This document shows positions 25,281 to 37,200 of a DNA stretch of 64,000 nt, one piece after another (the stretch's first letter is position 1; the number at the start of each line of letters is the position of its first letter). This DNA is from Octopus bimaculoides (Eukaryota), in contig NC_068983.1 in assembly GCF_001194135.2 (NCBI RefSeq), positions 36,278,710-36,342,709 on the forward strand, written 5' to 3'. The notes below the pieces were generated by a model, which did not search any database, was not told the DNA's origin, and saw only the letters and a program-made list of their open reading frames with translations. Made by a program: the position numbers and the translations under genes.

Positions 25281-28200
25281 CTGAAATTACAGAATTGGAA
25301 AAACAAATTAAGTTAATTGATTTAAAATTCATTAGAAATAGATTTTATTTTAAAACATAATGCTGAATCAAAATTGAGACATAACTTTTGAAATAAGAAA
25401 CACGACAAACCTTTTTAATTACCTTTAGTTAAAAAATCCTTAGAGGCCTATTTATGTAGCAAACCCCAAATATGCCAATGGGTGTTCATTAGGCTGCTAG
25501 AAAAAGCAGCTAAATTTACCTTGAATCACAAGCAATTATCTTAAAAATGAAGGACTCAAAGATGGTACAATAACAGTAAAACACCTTTGATTATAGAGCT
25601 GTTCAAGCATTGCTGACCTAAGGCTGAACAACAACAAAGTTTAAACTCTGTAGGGTTTCTGTCCCTTATAAGTGACCCTGCATCTGCACATGTACATATG
25701 AGTTTGAGCAAGTTGTATTGTGGAAGACTTGCAGTTGTTCATGAATGGAGGTCTTTCTTCTCTACACCACTGATGTGTATCTGTTGTGTAGACCACCGCT
25801 GTCGAAGAAGTAGGATCTCCCAAGACATATAAATAGAGGTAGTCTGGCCATGGTGGGAGTGTTGAGTAGCAGTCGAGTAGCGGTTGAGTAGAGATCATCC
25901 GAAGGTGCTAGATAGCAGTAGCTTGAGACATAACAGTATCCAAGGGAAAAGGCTGTCAACTTGTACTGATACAACTTGTACTGATACAACTTAGCACCAG
26001 TCTTGTTGTTGCAGACACTGCTGTCAAAACACAAACAACAGGAAAAAACACTGCAAAGCATCTTGCCTGACCTTCTAATAGTTCTACTAATCCACCATAG
26101 CAGATTGGTATTCTTTTATTGACCCTAAAAGGGTGAAAGGCAATGGTGACCTCAGGAGATTCTACCAATTCTCCACCTTCCAAACCTTGGAAGTAAAAAT
26201 ATACACTAAATACTTAACTTCCTCAACTAAGCTGTTGCTGCCATCACCACCACTATCATCATCATCATTTAATGTCCATCTTCCATGCTGTCATGGTTTG
26301 GATGGTTTGATGGAATCCAATCATTTTTGACTGTGTCAAACTTTAGTGTCAGCTTTGGCATGGTTTCTATGGCTGGAAGATGCCCTTCCTAATATCAACC
26401 ACCTTATAGAGTGCGCTGGGTACTATTTTCATAGCATTGGCACTAGTAAGGTTGCTAAGTAGCTTACAAGACAATGTCTTCTTACAATAAAGATGAATTG
26501 GCATTTTTATATCAAGTTTGTTTAATGCAGTTAAGATTTTTATAAAATAAAATAAAATATTAACTTACGATTCATTATTGCTGTTCAATAGGAGGTATTT
26601 TTTAATAACCAGAACCTGCGTATGGTTTAAGCCTTCGTAGTTCACATCAAGACCTGTGATATCTACAGAGGAAATACCATCTTTCATTTCACTTGGACAC
26701 ACATCATGTAGAAGAGCAGCTATATCAGGCATAGACTTTGATAGACTCTTGTTTTCTGTGTTAAGAGTTAAATAGTTCTCATTTGGTTCAGTCAGCAATG
26801 GTTCTTCTGGAACATTTACTGGAGTTGTTTCTTCTTCATTTTCATTGTTTTCATGATCAGGACTCAAATGAGAAGAGCAAGTTGAACTCACTCCGCTTGA
26901 ACTGCGGATACTGTCTGAACTTACATGTTTGTAGAGACTTTGTCGATTCTCTTTATGAGTTGAACCTGAGTTCCATGAGAATCTTTTATGAATAGTATTA
27001 TCAGGATGTTCTTTTCTTTTAAGTTCTTGGATAGAATCAGCAGTATTGTACCGTTTTTCAGTCTTGCGTTTTCTTTCTGATTTACATTTTGTCTCTTCTG
27101 CAACTCCTCGTGAAAGCCAGTCAGAACTAGCACAAGATGGCATTGAATGGCTTGTCTTCATTTCTGAGGTTGGCAGCAGAAGAGAAGAACCTGTTTGTGT
27201 TTCTGGAGATGGACTTTCACAGACAATAAGTGGGCTTATCATTGTTTGTTCAGAAGTGCTGTTCTGAAGCTTTTGTTTGGTAAAAGAGAAAGAGTTTGGT
27301 CGGCTTTTCTCATGAAACTTTGGGGAAGGAGAAGGATCAGTAAATTTATCATATTTTCCTTCCTGGAATGAACTTCGGTATTGTATTTTTGGAGAAGTTT
27401 TAATGTCCCCTATGGTTTGGTATAGCTGATGTCGAACAGGTTGGTTAGCTTCATTAAACAAGAGCTGAAAAAAAAAAAAAAAAATTACTTTGTCACAGCA
27501 AATCTATTTATTGCAATGATTATAAGACTTGTGATAAGAAGGACATTGACTAAAAATGAAAATTTAATGCCTAGATGAGGTAGAACAATTAGAAGAGTGA
27601 AAAGATTTTATCAGTTTTTTTATTTTTTTAATAAGCTGTTTTTCAACCTTTATTGATCAAGTCTCTTTCAGTAAAAAGTGAATTCAACCAACTAACTACC
27701 TGAAATCTTTGGCAGACGTAAAGAATGTGGACCACACCCCCTTGTTTTTTTTGGAGCTATGTATTTTACTCAAGAATAGTCCTCCCCAAAGTGGAAGTAC
27801 TTCCACCTTCTCTCGAGGAAAATTTTATATGGACACTAGTGACAAAAGGAGCAGTTGATGTATTTGTATAGTTTTTTCTAGTCTTTGTCATCTATTTAAA
27901 TATGATTATAAGACTTTAATCATAATAAAGTCTTGACACCAGTGTCTGCAACAACAAGACTGGTGCCAAGCTGTATCAGTTTAAGTTGATGGTCTTTTCC
28001 CTTTGATACACATCAGTGGTGTAGAGAAGAAGGACTTTCATGCATGAATAACTGGTAATCTTCCACAAAACAACTTTCCCAGGCTCATATGAACATATGC
28101 AGATGCAGGGTGACTCTTAACCCATAAAGCACTGGGATTAAGGAAAAGAGATTCTCCTAGAGAGAATCTCTTTTCCCTTTTTTTAGTTGCTGTGTCTGGG

Positions 28201-30538
28201 AGCAAGGAGCAGTGCCTGTAGTGTTTGCAAGTCTTCCTAGATCACTGATACTGGTGTTATTAATGTCCCTTTTGAATCTGTGTAAATAAAAATCTAGAAG
28301 GTTGACATTCTGAGAAAAGGAGGAGTGGGCACAGTGATTAATGCAGAGCTTGGGACATTGAACACACCAAGAGTGATGAGTGAAAGATAAGCAGAGAGGG
28401 TGGAAATGCCTGAATGGAGGTAGTTTGAACACAGTCAGTTCTGAGGGGCAGAGGTCATTATAGAAGCAGTAGAAAAGGCTACTACACATTCGAAGCACAT
28501 TCTCTACTACTACTAACAGTGTCACCTAGGTCATAGAAGCTATCAACAACTTCTAGGGAGTCCTCCAAGCATATGAAAGAATTAATTTCATAGTGGTTCT
28601 TACTACTAACTATGTATGTGTATTCTGCCACATGCAAAGTCTTCTTTTCTGTCAACTTGCTGGTTATCCCATTCTATGTCTTGTGTTTGTATAGTTTATA
28701 TTGAGTACACCGTATTGGACTCTTACCTACCTGACCTGATCATCTACAATTGAATAATAAAAACATTAAGGTAAAGATAATGACTTGAGGAAAGAAGGAC
28801 TTAGTTTCGTCCACAGACTGAGAAACTCCTTTACCTTTGCTTTGTTAATATGTTCGATGAAGTTTTTTATAGAAGCAGAATCAGCATGGAGGATGAATGC
28901 CATTATAGGAACAATGTAATCATTTGTTTGTATCACCAATATGGATCCTGAAATTCAAAGAAGAAAACTGAGTTAATTGGATGAATGAGAAACAAGTTAA
29001 TATGATGCCATGTTTAAATGAAGCATGTCTAATCTGATTGGAAATGAGGAAATGTCTATCTAAAGATAGTGAGTGGAGAGATGATACCAGGAGAGAAACC
29101 ATATACACAGGATGCCTGCTTTTATCAATTATATTATGTAACCAGAAGCAAAGAATGTAAGGTCTTCCTTCCTTTCGTTTGCTATTTACTGAAACACCTA
29201 CTCATCACATAAATGGTTCAGTTTTACTTAGCACTGCCAGAACTTGTTGCTACTGACGATGATGATGACAGTGACAATGATAATTATGACGATAGTGCTG
29301 AAATAGGGAGCTATAAGAGAAGGAACTGTTGGTGTTGATTGCTTAACTGGGGACCAATCCTAAAACTGCTGGAAGTTATGTAACACTATAACAGAATTCC
29401 TCTATATTAATTGGTAATCTCCAAACGGATATCTGCTTTCATTCTTGGAAATTAGTAATTAGCAACTTAAAGGAACAAGATAACAGATACACTTAGATAC
29501 CAAAATCAGTCACAGAAGAAAACCATGGAGGTGGTGGCAGTGGTGATGATGAGTAAGCAACTTGATGAATGAATGAACCTTTATAGAAAATATCTTCTCT
29601 GTCGATCTACTTGGTGGTGGTGGGGGATGCAAATGTACAGTAGCCTTTTCTACTACAACTCTAATGACTTCTGCCCCCTATATCTTGGACCCATGTTACA
29701 TGCTACTCAGTTATCATCATCCCATTTGCCTATTCTTGCCTCATTATTCTTGTGTTCAACACTACAAGCTTTGCACTAATTACAATAATGTTGACAGGGA
29801 AAAATAACATTCAGTGAAGAGAGACAATGATTGGTTCCACCTTTTTAAAGCCCTACATATTCTGGAATTTCCTTATGAATATGTTCCATATTTCTGAGAC
29901 GATACATTCTATACCTAGTTGAAGATTTGGAGAAAAAATTCCAGTTAAGGAAGCCGAAACTAGAATCAAGAGATTTCAAAATAAACCTAACAGAGATAGG
30001 AGTCTACACTGCCGCTGCCACCATCATTTAACTCCTGTTTTCCATGCTGGCATGTGTTGGACAGTTTTTGGCATGGTTTCTACAGCTGGATGCCTTTCCT
30101 AATGCCAACCATTTTACAGAATATACCAGGTGCCTTTTAGATGGCACTGGCACCTGTGCTTTTTATGTCACACCAGTGATGGTGCTTTTTACATGACACC
30201 ATCACCAATGGGGTCACCAAGTACTTTGCAAGACAAAAAAGGCAAATACATTATCTAACTGAATTCGGTTTCCATTATTGTAGTAAAGTAAAATATTTTG
30301 TTGCTATCTTCTAAATGGAAATGATTAGTTTAGATCAGTATTTCTCAACTGGGGTTCCCTGGAACCTTAGGGATTCCATGAGAAAGAGTGAGATAAGCTA
30401 ATGTTAATTTCATGATCGTAATATTACTAGACATGCACAACATTGGTTATTGTAATATTGTAATATAAACATCATCCTATCTCACCTGTCATGTTATCAA
30501 AAAAATATAACTATTTAGTGATGTCTGTAATTTATGGA

Positions 30539-30591
<53 letters not shown>

Positions 30592-31176
30592 CACACATAT
30601 TGTTAAAGAGGACAAAAAAAAATGTTAAGGCAAGGCAAACATCTCAAATCATATACATTATTATTATTGGATGTTTACAACATCAGGATTTTAATCCACA
30701 TGGATCTACATAGGATTATACCTGAAGACTTATGCATTTGTTTCTACAACATTGGAAAGTTGAACTATGAACTTTTATGCTTCTTTTTTCTTCTCTCTCT
30801 CTTCATTTCCTTATTCCTTTACTCCCTTCCTCTATGCCATCATTCCATTAATATATACCCTTCTGATTTTTCCCTATTTTTCCCTATTTGTCTCTGATGA
30901 TGGAATATCCCATACTCGGGGATATTCCAGAAACAGCTGTAAGACTTTGAATTTGTTCCAATAATAACAATGCATATGACTTGAGATGTTTGCCTTGCCT
31001 TAATGTTTGTTGTCCTCTTTAATAATTATATATCTGCTGCATCGGAAATTTTCAATGGCTCCATAACTACTGTTTCAGCTATAACCTTGGAGCCCTAGTA
31101 ATCCGTTACAGCACTTACCTAGCGTACCTAATCATCTAGATCACCTGTGAACTAAACCCCCCATATCTTGTATACT

Positions 31177-31222
<46 letters not shown>

Positions 31223-34200
31223 ATTTACCATGTGAACTATGATGAAAAAATATGAGTAAGATATGGTATATAATTTTTTTTTGTGTAGGGCTACCTTGAG
31301 ACGTAATTTATTTTAAGGGTTATGTAAGGGTAAAAAAATGACAAACACTCGTTTAGATTGAAGGTTTCACCAAGACTTTCATAATTAATGAGTTATACAC
31401 TTGGCATTATTAATGCCATTGACTATTTGAATGTTATAGCCCTGGGCTGACCAAAACCTTGTGAATGAATTAGGCAGATGGAAACTGAAATAAGTCATCA
31501 TATGTGTATGTGAGTGTGTCCTTGTTTTGACAAGTAAAGGTTGGTGACAGGAAAGGCATCTGTTTATAGAGTATCTCCTGAAGAAGGCTTGTCTAACTTG
31601 TGTCAACAAGGAAAAAAAACAAACATAAAAATGACAATGATGATGATTTTTGTTAAAAAAGTCAAGGCAGACAACTCTGAAATCTAAACTGATAAAAATA
31701 TGAATTGGGAGTGGGGTTTCATGCAGTGGAGATTGAGATTTTATATACAATGTTTGGAATGATAAACTACAATTCTTTTTTTTCTTTACTTTTTTTTTTT
31801 GCTTTGTTGATATGTTAGCTAAGAGTGGAGGGACAGTACCCATGACCTCTGCAGACCCTCTTCTCAGTCTGGTTATATTCATACATAATGAGGCAACAAT
31901 TTATTTTAATTACATGACACTGATTTCAGCCTAGCTCTTGTTGCTAGTGTGATGAATGCCTTTGTGTTTTATACATATAATTAAAAAACAAATCCGGAAT
32001 CCTTTCAGAGACCACAAATTAAAGGAAAAAGAACAAACAGTTGATGGATTGAGACATTTACACAGAACATTGTTTTTTTTTTTTTTTTTTGTAGTTCTGC
32101 ACTCACAAAAGTGAAATCGTAGCTGACAATTAAAACTGGTTCCACAACCTTAAACAACAACTAACATATGAAAGGACTGTACTAACGATAATAAGTAATT
32201 GATTTTGATTATTTCTTAAGTACAAAACCAAAAATGCAAGAGGAAGACATTTCAAGATTGTGTAACATTTAGGCCTTTCTCAATCAAAAGCATTAGTGAT
32301 ATCAACATAATGAATTTACTTTAACAATGAACTGAAACTGGCTCTCAATCAGCTAGAAATAGCAGCCAAATCTCCACCAAATCACACCCTATTATTTTGA
32401 AAAAGGAAGGAAATGTTGGATAATGTCTCTGAAATCGTGATGGCACCTGTGCCCAGCGTCGCCTTTCTGGCACTTGTGCCCGTGGCATGTGTAAGGACTT
32501 TCGAGCGAGATTTCTGCCAGTGCCCCTGGACTAGCTCTTGTGCAGGTGGCACATAAAATACACCATTTTGAGCGTGGCTGTTGCCAGTACCGCCTGACTG
32601 GCCTTCGTGCCGGTGGCATGTAAAAGCACCCACTACACTCTTGGAGTGGTTGGTGTTAGGAAGGGCATCCAGCTGTAGAAACTCTGCCAGATCAGATTGG
32701 AGCTTGGCGTAGCCATCCGGTTTCACCAGTCCTCAGTCAAATCGTCCAACCTATGCTAGCATGGAAAGCGGACGTTAAACGATGATGATGATGATGATGA
32801 TATAAAAATGCAATAGTTACAGCTGGAATGTCTTTGAGGTAAGGTCTCCAGGCTCAAGGTTGACCTAGAGCTAAGCAACAACAATAACTAAAATGTTCTT
32901 TTCTACTCAAGGCACAGGGCTTGAAATTTGTGGGGAGGAGGCCAGTTGATTAGATCGACCCCAGTACGCTACTAGTACTTAATTTATTGACCCCGAAAGG
33001 ATGAAAGGCAAAGTCGATCTCAGCAGAATTTGAACTCAGAACGTAAAGACAGATGAAATATCACTAAGCATTTCACCCGGTGTGCTAACGTTTCTTATTT
33101 CTTTACTGCCCACAAGGGGCTACACACAGAGGGGACAAACAAGGACAGACAAACGGATTAAGTCGATTATATCGACCCCAGTGTGTAACTGTTACTTATT
33201 TAATCAACCCCGAAAGGATGAAAGGCAAAGTTGACCTCGGCAGAATTTGAACTCAGGATGTAGTGGCAGACAAAATACTGCTAAGCATTTCGCTTGTTGT
33301 GCTAACGTTTCTGCCAGCTCGCCGCCTTAACAATAACTAAAATAAGATCAACGTCAACATACTGAATCTGATGACATAACACAAATAAGGTGCACCATTT
33401 GTTCAGAAACAAAATGTCTTTAAAAAAAAATCACCCCAGGACCTATATGCAAAGTTGGGCCTTTCATAAGCTTTAATACATTAAAAACATTTTTCCAGAA
33501 TATGCACACTGTTGAAATTGGGGTGTATCTATTATACCTATTTGTCTTTCATACCGTCAAATATGGTAATCATACTTTTCAAAGTTGGAAAAATTCATTA
33601 ATTCAAGAGGAATTTTCACTAGATTTCAATAATTAATGGAATTGTAAAAATAATAATCTCACAAATGTTAATCACAAGATAAAACAAAACAAAAACAAAA
33701 AAAAAAGGTTATTGAAAAATCCAATAAAAAAGGGGGCATTAAGAAAAAAAAAATCAATGAAAATGCAAATTTACCTTTGTCTTTGAGTTCTGCAAGGCTA
33801 ATTTGATCAACTCTAATTGGTGGTTTCAATACTTTCAGACGATCATTAAGTTTTTTCAATTTGCATATAAGCAGAAGGTCAGTGAAAAGATAACATTCGA
33901 CATCTTGCTGCTGGGAGAACAAAACAAAAAGCTTTAGTATAACAATTCCTGTCCCACATCATTTTTTTTTCTGTTTTAACAACAACCCCATTTCATGTCT
34001 CAAAAGTTATAGTGACTCATACACCACTACCACTTAATAACCAGTATTGGGTTTGTTTACATCCCCATAACTTAGTGGTTCAGCAAGAGATTGATAGAAT
34101 AAATACTAGACTTTAAAAAAAGCAAACAAACAAAAAAATCTAAGTAGTAGGGGTAATTTGTTTGATTAAGACCCTTCAAAGTGGTGCCACAACATGGCTA

Positions 34201-37200
34201 CATACAAAACTTTGGAAGAAATGGGAAATTGTGAAAGGACTCCAGTGGAGGATTGAAACCACACTGTGTGTAGAGTAAGATTACTGGAGACTTAGTTCTT
34301 GCTGCATGGTATTCAACACCACCAGCACAACAATAAATAATAATAATAATAATGTGAAGATAGTGCCAATTTTTGCCTGGTCGTTGGGGATAGTAATAGG
34401 AAACATCAAGAAATGGTAATAATAATCACTTCCACTATCGGCACAGGGCCTGAAATTTTTGGGGAAGGGATAAGTTGATTACATTGACCCAGTGTTTCAC
34501 TGGTACTTAATTTATCGACCCCCAAAAGGATGAAAGGCAAAGTCAACCTAATGTGAAGATAGTGCTGATTATTGTTGGGTCCTTGGGGAAAGTGTCAGAA
34601 AACATGAAGAGGAATATCAAGGAAATTGGAATAGAGTGCCCCGTAGAACTTTTTCAAAAGGTTTGCCTTCTTGGCACAAACACAATAATCAGGATAGTTG
34701 AAAAGAACAGATAGCATGGTACTGTAGGCTGCAGGCAGCAAGCCCACTATGCATGCAAGACTCCAGGAGTTTCAACAAAACCCAAGTAATTGAATGAAAC
34801 AGAACATCTCAAAATAAATAGAGCAACAAAAGGGTTAATATGGATCTAGGAGTCAATTTATCCATGATCATCATGTCTTTTGTCTTTCTCAATTATGATG
34901 TATCTAAGACTACATGTCTTTTCTCTTTTCTAAAACAAGTGGTTGTGATTTTAGAGAGATCTAGCAGCTCTTTTTAGCACTTTAAATGACTACATAGAAG
35001 ATCTCTCTTCAGTTTGTAGTTTCTAGAATTTGGAAAAATTAAATCTAGTGGCTACAAATAAATCTATAAAACCTTTTATGAATGAAAGACAGCAAAATTT
35101 TAAAATATTATCACATTTTAACTCTCTCCTTTAAGCATTTCTCATGTAATTTCAACATTATCATCATCACCACCAACTCTTTCTAAAAATAATAGTGATT
35201 ATCATCATCATCATTACTTAACATCCACTGGTATTGGCTGGGTAGTTTGGCAGGATGCAATGGGTTCAAAGACTGTCTCATGCTCTGATGTCGGGTTTTG
35301 CATACTTTTTATGGCCAAACACCCTTCCTAATGTCAACCACTTTATAGAGTTTACTGGATGCTTCTTTTTTCACACCATTGGCACTAATGAGATTGCCAG
35401 ATAACTTGAAAGGCATTAAAGAAAAGGAGAAAAGGTAAAAAAAAGATCCTTTAAGTGTAGCCATTCAAAAGCTGAAAGTAGACAACCCTGTACAGGGTGC
35501 TTTTTTCCTTTAACAGGGTAAGACTATAGTAGAAAGGGAGGCAGCTTTATGTTCAGGCAAGAGGGATTAAAGTAAGAGAGAAAAATGCAACAATTAAAAA
35601 GACAAAATTAACTGTAACAATGCGATAACAATTTATAAAATAAGCAAAATTTTACCCGGACTGTAGAATCTTTAAACTTCATGCTACAGTGGTGCAGCAA
35701 ACAGCGGCTTTGTTTGGCAAGGTAATTTGGCATTTGTGATGTAAGGGTAAATTTTTGATTGTAATGATTCAAAAGCTGAAAATAAACAATCAGATAGAAT
35801 TTATATATAGATATCATTTCATCATCATCGTTTTAACACCTACTTTTCCATGCTTGCTAAGGAAGATTTTCTACAGCTGGATGCTCTTCCTGTCATATTT
35901 CTCAATGGCCAGTATTATTTTTGCAAAATACTGCAATTGAATAACACAGTTTGTACGATAGTGACATTAATTTACAACTGTCACACTTAGTCAAGACAAA
36001 GGGAAACAAAGATGTGTACACACACCACACACACACATATATATAGTTGGAATTTACAAGAAAACAAAAGACGAAGACAGGTGTGTAAACAACAAACAGG
36101 TGTATTAGTTTAATGCTCGGGAAGGTGAGAAAGTCTTTTATGTTTTGAGCTTATGCTCTTCAACAGAAAGGAATACGAGAAAATAAACAGAGAGAGAATA
36201 AAAAAGCTTTAGTGGCTAGCAGTCAATCATGGCGATGGCCAGACAGAGGTGGTCAGACAAGAGAGCTAAGAAGAAGGGAAGATAATAAAGTAGTGGTGAT
36301 CCCAAAACGAAGGTGCACATGCGTGTATATGAGAGCGTGTGGATGGATATATATATATATATATATATATGTATTAATGCTTGTTTTTATGTTCATTTAT
36401 AATAAAAACAATTTTACATTAATCTGGTGGATTACTCTATACTTTTGTAGAGTACAAATATATTATTCCTAAACAAGAATGCTGTTGACAGTGATTTTGA
36501 AGTTTTGGCCAGCTAAGCCATAGTTGGAATGTGATGCATTATAGTTAGACTTGTCTTTATATAGTCTTTGTTGAGTTAAAATCATCTTTGGGTGTGTGGG
36601 TTTAAGGTGGGAATTAAATTTTTACGGCTGGTTGATATGGAAAAGCGTTTTGGAAAAATTTGAATTGATTAAATTTGGGGTGATGTTCATCATCATCATC
36701 ATCATCATTATTTAACATCCACTTTCCATGCTAGCAAGGGTTGGATGGTTTGACTGAGAACTGGCCAGCTGGGGGTTGCACCAGGCTCCAATCTGATTTG
36801 GCAAGGTTTCTACAGCTGGATGCCTTTCCTAACACCAACCACACTGAGAGTGTAGTGGGTGCTTTTTATGTGTCACCATCATGGGAGCCAGTCAGGGAGC
36901 ACTGGCACCGATGACGTTTGGATGGTGCTTTTCATGTGCCACCAGTATGGGAGCCAGTCAGGGGGTACTAGCATTGACTATGTTCAGATGATGCTTTTTA
37001 TGTGCCACCAGCACAGGAGCCAGTCAGTGGGCACTGGCATTGGCCACATATGCATGGTACTTTTTTACATGTCACTGGCATGAGAGCCAGTCAGGGGCGA
37101 CTGGCATTGACCGATGGCACTGTTATTGTTTAGAATTCATTCATGCATGTAGAACTATATAAACAAGCCTGTAGGTGTTTCTCTTTTGTTGGGTAGGCAC

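Noticed and set aside
31385-31882. 165-aa minus-strand ORF (contains RRGSAEV)
   Set aside because: Runs through poly-T and SINE/RTE-derived sequence, has no usable splice sites, and the gene frame closes without it.
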